Source: Actinomycetota bacterium (GTDB taxonomy: Bacteria; Actinomycetota; Actinomycetes; S36-B12). From it: a DNA stretch of 34,125 nucleotides. Position numbers and translations under genes: made by a program. The notes beneath the pieces are model-generated. The model saw only the letters and a list, made by a program, of their open reading frames with translations. It was not told where the DNA came from and did not search any database. The stretch is from assembly GCA_003456155.1 (NCBI GenBank), contig DMPC01000001.1, forward strand, positions 1 to 34,125, read 5' to 3'. Position 1 is the first letter of the stretch. Every line of letters starts with the position of its first letter. Of this stretch, positions 1 through 8,675 are shown piece by piece.

Positions 1-80
1 GGCCGCATCAACTCAGGGGCGCCGCCGTCTCGCTCGGAGGACCGAGGTCATCGATGCCGCACGCACTCCCCTCCGCCTGA

Positions 81-1148
81 TCAGATGACGGAGAACCCCA
101 GCACCTTCACCTGCCGATACCGCTCTCCGGCTCGCACCACCGGCGAAGGAAAGTGGGGGAAGCGCGGGCTGTCCGGGAACTTCTGCGTCTCCAGCGTGAA
201 CCCTGCGTACCGGCAGTACGGCATCCCGCCCTTGCCGACGATCTCCGCGGACAGGTACCCGCCGGTGTACATCTGCAGGCCGGGCTCCGTCGTCCACATC
301 CGCAGCCGGCGCCCGGACACGGGCTCGACGACATCCAGCGCCTCGATGAGCTCCGGCTCTCCGGGACGGTCGACACCGCTCAGGCACCAGTTGTGGTCGT
401 ACCCGCTTCCCCCCTCGAAGATCGCGGTTCCCGTTGGCGGGAGGTCGGCCATGCGCTCGCCGATCGGGCGGGCATCGCGGAAGTCGAACGGCGTTCCCTC
501 CACCCGGCGAACCTCCCCCGTGGCGAGGAGTTCGTCGTCGACAGGCAGGTAGAACTCGGCGGGGATCCGCATGTGCTGGTTCAGCACGTCGCCCGACCCA
601 TGCCCCGCGAGGTTGAAGTAGGAGTGGTGGACCATGTTGATGATCGTGTCCTCATCGGGCACCGCCTCCATCGTCAGGCGGAGTTCACGACCCTCCACGC
701 GGTATGAACTCGTCACCTCGCATGCGCCGGGGAAGCCCATCTCGCCGTTCGCGCTGGACGTCCGGAAGGTCACACCCTTGCCGTCGGGATGCACCTCCGA
801 CGACCACAAGCGGCTGTCCCAGCCCTCGCGGCCACCATGCAGGTGGTTCGCCTTCTCGTTGCAGTCGACCTGGTAGTCCACGCCGTTCAGTCGGAACTGT
901 CCCCGCCGGATCCGATTCGCGAATCGCCCAACCGAGGCCCCGAAGTAGGCGGGAGACGCGGCATACTGCGCCGCGTCGTCGAACCCCAGAACGACGTCGA
1001 CGGTCGATCCCTCAGCATCCGGCACGTGGGCCTCCACCAACCGCGCGCCGTAATCACTGACCTTGATGTACAGGCCCTCGCCGCCGTCGATGACGAAAGC
1101 CTTCGCCTCTTGCCCGTCGACATGACCGAACGACTTCTCCGAGACCAC
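81..1148 (-). CDS. galM: aldose 1-epimerase (galactose mutarotase)
   Basis: 355-aa ORF. The translation carries mutarotase-family blocks (GRFANRI..GQF.LNG..YQ, NHLHGG..GWD, HHSYFNL, FTLETQKFPDSP). Long overlapping ORFs in other frames are Arg/Pro-rich high-GC artefacts. Confidence 0.9.
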   Translation of the reverse strand: MVSEKSFGHVDGQEAKAFVIDGGEGLYIKVSDYGARLVEAHVPDAEGSTVDVVLGFDDAAQYAASPAYFGASVGRFANRIRRGQFRLNGVDYQVDCNEKANHLHGGREGWDSRLWSSEVHPDGKGVTFRTSSANGEMGFPGACEVTSSYRVEGRELRLTMEAVPDEDTIINMVHHSYFNLAGHGSGDVLNQHMRIPAEFYLPVDDELLATGEVRRVEGTPFDFRDARPIGERMADLPPTGTAIFEGGSGYDHNWCLSGVDRPGEPELIEALDVVEPVSGRRLRMWTTEPGLQMYTGGYLSAEIVGKGGMPYCRYAGFTLETQKFPDSPRFPHFPSPVVRAGERYRQVKVLGFSVI

Positions 1149-1329
1149 CGAGCCTCCACTGTGTACGATTACTTGAACGTTCCAGATACGTTACGGCCCC
1201 GCGCCCGCGAGGTCAACAGTCGATCTCCGGAACCGGATACGGCGGCGGTGGCCAGGGTGGCACCCTTCGGACTGCGAGTCTCTGGGGCGGCCCATCCTCC
1301 GGCGAGCACCACGCGAGACAGGAGTTGCG

Positions 1330-2421
1330 GTGTCCGGATCCAGGGCTCTCGATGCTGCGGGGGTTGTCGCCTTGCGTCGCGCGGTCTCCGCGCTCGTCGA
1401 CGATCGCGGTGTCCCTGCATCCCAGATTGCCCTCGCTCGTGACGGCGAGGTCGTGCTGCATGAGACGTTCGGCGCCGCCAGTGACACGACGCGATTCGCC
1501 GTCTTCAGCGTGACCAAGCCGTTCGTATCCGCCGTCGTATGGCAGCTTCTCGACGAGGGGCTGCTCAGGCTCGACACGCGCCCGGCTGAACTCATTCCTG
1601 AGTTCGCGACTCACGGCAAGGGCGAGATCACGCTCGAGCAGGTCCTGACCCACACGGCAGGCTTTCCGAACGCGCGCCTCGAGCGTGCCGAGGCGGCCAC
1701 TGAGGAGCGGCGACGGCAGGCCTTCTCCCGCTGGAGGCTCGATTGGGCGCCCGGCACGCGCTTCGAGTACCACCCGCTTTCTGCGCACTGGGTGCTGGCC
1801 GAGTTGATCCGCAGCGTGACGGGCGAGGAACACTGCGACAGTGTCGAGCAGCGCATCCGCGTGCCCCTGGGGCTCTCCCAACGGATGCTCGGCCTCAGCC
1901 GCGACGACCAGAAGGACATCGCTCCGCTCACGCCCGTCGGCCCACCGAGCGAGAGCGATGGCGCCATCACCCTTGACGACCTGCTGACGGTGGTGGATCC
2001 CGAGGTGTGCGAGGTGGGAATCCCCGGCGCTGGTGGAGTGATGACGGCCGGCGACGTCGCCCTGTTCTACCAAGGCCTGCTCCACAACCGAGCGGGCTTA
2101 TGGAGTCCTGTGATGCTGCAGGACGCCACGGCGAACGTCCGCAACACCTTCATCGACGACTACTCCGGCGTGCCGACCAATCGCACCATAGGAGTGTGCG
2201 TGGCCGGATCCGATGGGTTCGCCGCTCGCCGCGGGTTCGGCTCACGCACGTCCCCGCGGACCTTCGGTCACGGTGGCGCGGGGGGTCAGGTGGCATGGGC
2301 CGACCCCGAGAGCGGGATGTCCTTCTGCTACCTCACGAGTGGTCTCGAGCAGGATTTCGCTCTGCTCGAGGAGCGGGAGAACGTCCTGTCCGACCTCGCG
2401 GCCGCGTGTGTCCGAGTCTGA
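1330..2421 (+). CDS. serine hydrolase, beta-lactamase/esterase (class C-like) family
   Basis: 363-aa ORF with the active-site S-x-x-K motif (FSVTKPF) near the N-terminus and an HGGAGG block near the C-terminus. GTG start at 1330 lies 8 nt after GGAG. Divergent from galM. Confidence 0.8.
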   Translation: MSGSRALDAAGVVALRRAVSALVDDRGVPASQIALARDGEVVLHETFGAASDTTRFAVFSVTKPFVSAVVWQLLDEGLLRLDTRPAELIPEFATHGKGEITLEQVLTHTAGFPNARLERAEAATEERRRQAFSRWRLDWAPGTRFEYHPLSAHWVLAELIRSVTGEEHCDSVEQRIRVPLGLSQRMLGLSRDDQKDIAPLTPVGPPSESDGAITLDDLLTVVDPEVCEVGIPGAGGVMTAGDVALFYQGLLHNRAGLWSPVMLQDATANVRNTFIDDYSGVPTNRTIGVCVAGSDGFAARRGFGSRTSPRTFGHGGAGGQVAWADPESGMSFCYLTSGLEQDFALLEERENVLSDLAAACVRV

Positions 2422-3103
2422 ACCGGGGCCTCACGCGAGTCCCCAGGCGAGCGGGTCAGGTTCCGCCCGCCACGTCTCCACGCACCCTCACCTAGCCGCC
2501 GAAACCCGCGTCGATGCCACCGAACTCAGCGTGGGAGGTGATCCGGATCAGTACCTCCAACGACATCCACAAGCGCCTCTCCACACAACGGCGTCACGGC
2601 TGAGAACTGCTTGACGTCCGCGGTGCAATGGCGGGTGACGCGGAATGCGGATCGGAAGCCCCTGTCCTAGCACTCCTCAGTGGCAGATCCTCCAAGAGTG
2701 ATGGGGGTCAAAGATGAGGATCTACGACGCCCGCCGGGGCATCCGAGCGACCCGCTAGCTGCATCTGACCCAGGAGCACTTCCGGGCTGTTGCTGACACG
2801 GTCCGTCTCTCTGCCGGTCCCGGCAGCAATCCCTCACCAGCCGTAGGGGAGCGGGGCTTCCAGCGCTCTGGGCGCTGGTGCATGAGCGGTAGATCCTCAC
2901 GATCGCTGGCAGGGACCGGGGCCATGGCGGAGGAATGACGCACTCATGGAGGCTGAAGTCGAGGGAAACGTCGTACGTGCCTCAGGTCTGCTCACCAATC
3001 AGGCGACAAGTGGATGGCGGGTTCACCCCACCCAGATCGGCCGGGTGCCCTACCGAGACGACGTGGTGTCAGTCGGCCGGTGGGGAAACGAGGAGTCAGA
3101 GAC

Positions 3104-3466
3104 GTGAATGCCTCCGGGAAGATCATCACTTTCGTGAACCTGCCCATCGTGGTGACGGTCTTCATCCTCGTCGCCAAGGCCAAGGTCAATTCGACGACGT
3201 TCCAAGACGCTACGGCGTCCTTCTCCATCGAGCTCCTCACAGGATTCGTCAATCAGGTGATCCTCCTGCCGGTGATGTACGTCTTCATGACGTTCGTGGC
3301 GGCAGTGACACCACTGCAGCTCGCCGACCGAATCGACAACGTCTTCGGGAGCTGGACCATTCCGGTGAGCCTGACGACCTGTCTCGTCCTTGCCGACTTC
3401 CTCCAATACTGGGCCCACCGCTCCGCGCATCGGGTTGAGGTGCTGCCGGGCTCACCGAGCCCGTGA
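3104..3466 (+). pseudogene. fatty acid hydroxylase / sterol desaturase family fragment (truncated after first His box)
   Basis: GTG at 3104 is preceded by GAGGAG. The hydrophobic N-terminal segments end in the first histidine box (LQYWAHRSAHR), then the frame runs into a stop. The later HxxHH boxes are absent in frame. A different frame downstream (to about 3599) reads NTYHPF..MIVEF, which may be displaced family sequence. Confidence 0.45.
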
Positions 3467-3588
3467 ACACCTACCACCCCTTCAGGCTGATGATCGTGGA
3501 GTTCGCCCACATGGGTCGGAGCATGAAGCAGATGCCGAGCGCGGGGGACTCGGCCCAGGTTCCATTCCGGCCGCCGCACTGGAAGCCG

Positions 3589-4758
3589 TCAGGCGACTGA
3601 GTGTGGCCCGCGGTCTCCACGTCTCATCCAGGAGATCACGGCTACGTCTGCGATCACGATGGCGGCTGCCACGACTCCCATCGTCGCGGGCCGGTTATCC
3701 GGCAGAAAGACGCCGGCAGCGACTAGTCCGAGCAGCAGAAGAGCGGCCACAGAGTGCACCCAGAGGAAGCTTCGCTCAGAGATGCCCGTGACCCACACCA
3801 GCACAACGAAGCTCACCATCACATAGAACAGCGGCAAGGGGAGTCGATACGACGCCAGAGCAGCGGACGCATCGTCGAACGACATCGTCGCCAGCACAGA
3901 GAAGGCCGTGGCCATCCCTATCGCTCCGAAGATGAGCAGGTAGTGCGCGGCCATCCATACGCGCACCCGACCTGCGCCGTGGGGGATCCCTGGGGGCACG
4001 ACCGTACGGAAGTAGATCGCCCACACGACGTAGATGATGACGAAAGTGAGCACCAGGTACGTCGGATTGGGAATGAAGTCGAATCCACCGAGAGTGAACA
4101 CGAGGTCGGCGAAGCTCTCGCCCAGCGAGATGATCACCAGTTGCCCGGCGCGCTCAGCCAGATGCTGTCGATCCAGCAGATGCGACGCCTCCAGCTCACC
4201 GAGGTAGACCGTGACCAGGGGGACGAGCCCCAACACCAGGACGAGAGCGAAGACGTAGGTGGTCGGGCGCGTGAGGATCGGACCGGACGCCTCGGGGAGC
4301 AGAGCGCCGATGAGGCATACCAGCGCAGCCGCACTGGTTGACCAGCCGACGATGGTGGCTCCACGTCGGTCCAATCCCCGGCGCCGAGCCCTCATGAAGT
4401 AGAGCACTGCGACCGACGCGAACGCCACGCCCAGGGCAAACAGACCCGTCGAATCGCTGAGGCCAGAGGTGCGAGAGATGGAAAGAGACGCCACCACGAG
4501 GGCGAGCATCTGGACGAGGGTGAGGAGGCGACGTAGCGTCCAATCCTCAGGGGTGGTGTTGAAGGTCAGGGTTGTGAGGAGCCACATCGTGAGCAGGACA
4601 AGCAGCGTTGCGGCAAGCCACGTCCCCTTGGCGAGCGAAGGATCCTGTTCAAAGAGGCTGCTCCCATGGAGCACCGCCGCGACCAGGATGAGGTCGTAGA
4701 GGACTTCGAACCAGCTCGCGCGTGAACCAGTGGTCGGGGCCTGAACCTGCACGGCCAT
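3589..4758 (-). CDS. low-temperature-requirement A (LtrA)-like polytopic membrane protein
   Basis: 389-aa ORF. It has the LtrA-type N-terminal motif (SWFEVLYDLILVAAV) followed by about 10 hydrophobic segments. Confidence 0.75.
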   Translation of the reverse strand: MAVQVQAPTTGSRASWFEVLYDLILVAAVLHGSSLFEQDPSLAKGTWLAATLLVLLTMWLLTTLTFNTTPEDWTLRRLLTLVQMLALVVASLSISRTSGLSDSTGLFALGVAFASVAVLYFMRARRRGLDRRGATIVGWSTSAAALVCLIGALLPEASGPILTRPTTYVFALVLVLGLVPLVTVYLGELEASHLLDRQHLAERAGQLVIISLGESFADLVFTLGGFDFIPNPTYLVLTFVIIYVVWAIYFRTVVPPGIPHGAGRVRVWMAAHYLLIFGAIGMATAFSVLATMSFDDASAALASYRLPLPLFYVMVSFVVLVWVTGISERSFLWVHSVAALLLLGLVAAGVFLPDNRPATMGVVAAAIVIADVAVISWMRRGDRGPHSVA

Positions 4759-4896
4759 ATCTTCGCAGGGAGCACCCAGGAAAGAGGTGCAACACAGGTA
4801 GCCGTCGCGCTGCTCCTCGGGGTTGCATGTTCGTAGGTGATGACGCCGGCCGGCGCCGAGCAGCAGCGGGTCGCGGACGTCCTCCGCCCCCGATGA

Positions 4897-5277
4897 TCAG
4901 TAGCAGCCGTCGAGACCGCACAGCCCTGCAGCCATGAGGACCAGGTAGACCTGTGCGAGTGACACCACGACAATGACGGCTCCCGCGATCACCACGGAGG
5001 TGAGGGCCTTAGACGCGCTGTCGACCTGAGGGCCCCCGGATCGAACTGCCTTGCGGGCTCGCGTCCCCATGATCAGGGCAATGACGGGCAGGGCGAAGAC
5101 AAGGCAGGCGAACAGGAGCACGGTGACCACCGCCGCGATATGCATCTGGAGCGGCTTGTCCGGATCCTGAGTGCCCATGGCGACCAGAACGACAACGAGC
5201 AGCTCCACGACGATGAGGATCGGGCTGGCCACCGCGCTGATGAGGGCGAGAACCAGTGCCTTGCTCGACGGTGCCAT
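4897..5277 (-). CDS. small hypothetical membrane protein (3-4 TM)
   Basis: The ORF is open to 5409, but the internal ATG at 5277 (MAPSSKALVLALISAV...) follows AAGGGTGG and begins the hydrophobic part. The upstream extension is Arg-rich and overlaps the divergent cupin start. No family recognised. Confidence 0.45.
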   Translation of the reverse strand: MAPSSKALVLALISAVASPILIVVELLVVVLVAMGTQDPDKPLQMHIAAVVTVLLFACLVFALPVIALIMGTRARKAVRSGGPQVDSASKALTSVVIAGAVIVVVSLAQVYLVLMAAGLCGLDGCY

Positions 5278-5400
5278 GCGGACCACCCTTTGTCGTAGCA
5301 GTCCTCCGGGACACGGGCAGGCTAGCGTGACGAGCCTTCGCGATCGGCCTACGCAGGAGAGTCCGCGTTGCAGCGTTGTCCGCAGGGCTAGGGTCAGACC

Positions 5401-5745
5401 ATGATCCATTCCTTTGATGCCATGGCCGCCGCCACCGAGCGGGAGGACCTGCCCTCCGAGAAGTCACTGACACCGGGCACCTGGACCGGCTATGCCGAGG
5501 TGCTCGAGGATGCCGGCCTTGAGGTCGGCGTCTGGGAGCACAGCGTCGGATCCTCGCATGACACGTTTGGGGACGAGGTGTTCGTCGTGCTCTCCGGCCG
5601 AGGCGTCGTGCGGTCCGCCTCTGGCGGGGAGATCGCACTCGCCCCGGGTGTGGTGGGTGTCCTGCATGCTGACGACCACACCACCTGGGAGATCACCGAG
5701 CCGCTACGCAAGGTCTGGATCGTGCGCGCTGAGGGTGACGGCTGA
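5401..5745 (+). CDS. cupin domain protein (DUF861/cupin_3-like)
   Basis: 114-aa ORF with the single-barrel cupin_3 pattern: GVWEHSVG..HDTFGDEVFVVLSGRG, then GVVGVLHADDHTTWEITEPLRKVWIV. Confidence 0.7.
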   Translation: MIHSFDAMAAATEREDLPSEKSLTPGTWTGYAEVLEDAGLEVGVWEHSVGSSHDTFGDEVFVVLSGRGVVRSASGGEIALAPGVVGVLHADDHTTWEITEPLRKVWIVRAEGDG

Positions 5746-5913
5746 GGGGATTGCTGTCGGTCGAGCTGACGCGATCACCAACGACCCCGCCTCATGGCGC
5801 AACTCCAGCACCCTCACCCCCCGCATTGGAGGAGTGCCAAGGAGCAGCCGAGCCCCGGCAGGCGTGGTCGTCAGGGCCGCATCAGCGGGTGATCACACGG
5901 AGTCTGGCGTGCC

Positions 5914-6759
5914 CTAGGCCTTCTCTGGACTCTTCGGCTGGGTGAACAGCGCGCCTTGCGCTGCCTGCGAACCTGCAAGGCCGCCGCCACGTCCACGCAG
6001 CATGTATGCCGCGACGACTGCGAGCGCGGCGCCGAGCAGCGGCCCAGCGAGGTACACCCAGTAGGCGGTGAAATCACCCGCGACGAGATCGGGGGCAAGC
6101 GAGCGCGTGGGATTCATCGACGCACCCGACAGCGGGCTCGCCCACAGCCCCGCAAGAGCGATGTATCCACCCACACCGAGCGCGCCGATGATGCCGATGT
6201 TCTGGGCTCCCGAAGCAGTCCCGAGGATGACGCTGACGAGTCCGAACGTGAGGATGACTTCCATCAGGAATGCCGCGACATCCGTCGTGGACTGAGCGGG
6301 ATACGTCGCACCATTGGAGGCGGATTCACCGATGACCGCCTGCAGGAGCAGGACGGCCAGGACCGCACCGACCAGCTGAGCGATGATGTAGCCGGGGACC
6401 CGGCGCCAGGGGAAGTCCCCTCGTAGGGCGAACGCGATGCTCACCGCAGGGTTGAAGTGGGCCCCCGAGACTCGCCCCATGAAGAGAATCATCGCCATCA
6501 CCATGAGCCCCGGTGCGACGACGGCGGCGGTGCGGGAGATGGGGTCGCCGAAGGCGGCGTTCATCATGCCGGCGCCTGCAGCGACAAGGAGCAGAAGGAA
6601 CGTGCCCATGACCTCCGAGAACAACCGGCGCCATTCCTGCTTCGGGTTGTTGAAGTCGGTGATTCGCTCGACGACGCCCTTGGGCAGCCCCGACAGTCCG
6701 AGATGAGGCCAGAAGCCGGGGTCATCCAGGCCATTGGGGGTCACCCCCGGAGAGCTCAC
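5914..6759 (-). CDS. MIP-family channel (aquaporin/aquaglyceroporin-like), NPA / NPT variant
   Basis: Six hydrophobic segments. The first signature is HFNPAVS and the second is SMNPTRS (NPT instead of NPA). The ORF is open to 6897, but a GTG at 6759 overlaps the TGA of the upstream phosphoesterase gene (GTGA), so the shorter coupled start is preferred. Confidence 0.85.
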   Translation of the reverse strand: MSSPGVTPNGLDDPGFWPHLGLSGLPKGVVERITDFNNPKQEWRRLFSEVMGTFLLLLVAAGAGMMNAAFGDPISRTAAVVAPGLMVMAMILFMGRVSGAHFNPAVSIAFALRGDFPWRRVPGYIIAQLVGAVLAVLLLQAVIGESASNGATYPAQSTTDVAAFLMEVILTFGLVSVILGTASGAQNIGIIGALGVGGYIALAGLWASPLSGASMNPTRSLAPDLVAGDFTAYWVYLAGPLLGAALAVVAAYMLRGRGGGLAGSQAAQGALFTQPKSPEKA

Positions 6760-8438
6760 GAGGAGGCTCCCACACCCACTCCTGCCGGCTGCTGCTCGGC
6801 CGCTGCCTGCTCTGCCTGCGCCACCTGCTCCCTCAGCTGCTTCATGACGGAATCCATCGTCTTCTTGGTCGGCGCCAAGGTGGGGAAGAGGTGCCACGAG
6901 GCCAATTCCACGAGGGTCCAGGCGACCTGCGGAGTCATGGCGAAGCCAGGCGTATCCACCTCAGCCGGGATCTCAACACCACGGGCCTTCAACTGCGCAA
7001 TGATGCCCGGGGTTGCCGCCTTGCCCAGCGCACTGAGCGAGTGGTTGGTGTACTCCCAGTTCACGTGATACTCCGGCGCCGGACGGGCGTTGATGGCGGC
7101 CCAATCCTTCGGCTCACGCGGTGCCTCCCGGGTGAAGACGTAGTCAAAGGGCCTGGCGATCGCATCGCGCGCGGTGAAGGGGTCACCCAGATTCCACAGC
7201 TTGCGCAATGTCGCGATCATCGACGTGTGTCGATGCTCCTCGTTGTACACCGAGCCTGACTCAACCCACGGCGAGACGACGATCGCCGGGACCCGGTAGC
7301 CGGAGCGGTCGAAGGCGAAGTCGCACTGACCTGGGCCGGCGTTGGGGTCCGGAGGGGGAACATCACCCGGGGGCACGTGATCGTAGGTACCGCCCGGCTC
7401 ATCCCAGCCGATGAACAAGGTGGTGTTGTAGATGTTGGCGCCCGTCTCGCTCTTCATCGAGCGGTAGGCCTTGTAGAGCCGGTTCAGGAACAGCTCGCCC
7501 GCCAGGATTGACGAGGGCGGATCGAAAGGAATGACGACGTCGCCTGGCACCATCGCACGATCCGCAGCCGGATGGTAATCGCCATGCCCAGCGAACAGGT
7601 TCGGTTCGATGAAGGAGAAGTTCGGCAGCGTGCCCTCCTTCGCGTCCTTTTCGAACTGCGAGAAGGGGGCGAAGTTGGTGGCGAACTTGTCCTTCAGACG
7701 AGACATGTGGATAAGGCCCGCGAACGACACGGGGCACGGCTCCATGACATAGACCTTCCAGGTCTTGCCGTGCGCCTCAAGTCGATCGAAGATCGTCTCG
7801 GCGGTGTTGTAGTTGATGAAGTTCGACACCGGGTGATTGATGGTGATGTTCGACGAGGTTGCTGCGGTCCAGAACGAGCGGTTCATGAACGTCTGCGAGG
7901 GCACCTCTGAGTACCAATGGTCGAAGACGCCGAAGTCGCGCGCGAGGCCGCTCAGCACCGGAATATCCTCGGGCAGGTAGCCCGTCATGATCTGCGAGTA
8001 CTCCTCGTAGGTGGGCTGGCGATCCATCTGAGGCATGAACGCACTGATGTAGTCGGTGACAAATCCGTCCATCGTCGGCTTGGTGTGCGGGGCCGGTGCA
8101 TTCCACGGCGCCGTCACGTCGCCACCCATCTTTCCCCGGTTGTGATCGTCCAGCGTGTTGAACAGCTGCACGTTGGTATGGAAGTACTCCTCGCCGGAGT
8201 CGGGGTTCGGCGAGTCCATGTCGGTGGCAGCGTGATACTTCACCACACCGCTGCCATCCGGCGGCTGGTGCTCAGCCCAGGCCGGAACGGGATTCGAGAG
8301 ATCCTTGCCGATGACGCCTTCGAAGGTCTTGCCGTCTGCGGGGCCGTAGAGATGTCCAAGCATGTTGTCGAGCGATCGGTTCTCGAACAGGACCAGGATG
8401 ACGTGGTCCATGGCGTTGGCGTTGGTGTACTGCGTCAT
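6756..8438 (-). CDS. phosphoesterase-family protein (non-hemolytic phospholipase C / AcpA-type acid phosphatase family), no signal peptide
   Basis: It has the family N-terminal block MDHVILVLFENRSLDNMLGHLY and later blocks (PNLFAGHGDYHP, GWDEPGGTYDHVPP, GYRVPAIVVSPW). ATG at 8438 is preceded by GAGAGGGAAG. The ORF extension to 8522 has no support. No Tat or Sec signal is seen at the chosen start. Confidence 0.85.
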   Translation of the reverse strand: MTQYTNANAMDHVILVLFENRSLDNMLGHLYGPADGKTFEGVIGKDLSNPVPAWAEHQPPDGSGVVKYHAATDMDSPNPDSGEEYFHTNVQLFNTLDDHNRGKMGGDVTAPWNAPAPHTKPTMDGFVTDYISAFMPQMDRQPTYEEYSQIMTGYLPEDIPVLSGLARDFGVFDHWYSEVPSQTFMNRSFWTAATSSNITINHPVSNFINYNTAETIFDRLEAHGKTWKVYVMEPCPVSFAGLIHMSRLKDKFATNFAPFSQFEKDAKEGTLPNFSFIEPNLFAGHGDYHPAADRAMVPGDVVIPFDPPSSILAGELFLNRLYKAYRSMKSETGANIYNTTLFIGWDEPGGTYDHVPPGDVPPPDPNAGPGQCDFAFDRSGYRVPAIVVSPWVESGSVYNEEHRHTSMIATLRKLWNLGDPFTARDAIARPFDYVFTREAPREPKDWAAINARPAPEYHVNWEYTNHSLSALGKAATPGIIAQLKARGVEIPAEVDTPGFAMTPQVAWTLVELASWHLFPTLAPTKKTMDSVMKQLREQVAQAEQAAAEQQPAGVGVGASS

Positions 8439-8532
8439 GACTTCCCTCTCGCTTGTCCCCATGAGACTGAACTCAGTCCCCCCGAGCCTGAGTGAGAGCG
8501 ACGCTAAACGGGGGGAACACATGGCCGCGGCC

Positions 8533-8552
8533 GCTGAGGGAAATCCCTCAGC
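8533..8552. promoter_or_regulatory. 8-bp stem / 4-nt loop inverted repeat in divergent intergenic region
   Basis: The sequence gctgaggg-aaat-ccctcagc was read directly. It lies between the phosphoesterase start (8438, minus) and the kinase start (8676, plus). Confidence 0.35.
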
Positions 8553-8576
8553 CTCACGACCAGCGGGCTTCGACCC

Positions 8577-8604
8577 CGTGAGATCGAGCCCGTGAGATCG
8601 AGCC
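8577..8604. repeat. perfect 2 x 14-bp tandem direct repeat (cgtgagatcgagcc)
   Basis: Read directly: cgtgagatcgagcc cgtgagatcgagcc, followed by a partial cgt. It sits in the same divergent promoter region as the hairpin. Confidence 0.9.
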
Positions 8605-8675
8605 CGTCATCGTCCACCCGTAGACTCTCGCCGTCTCACCGATGGCAGAGGGGCTGAGTTGGGGCGATACCCGGA

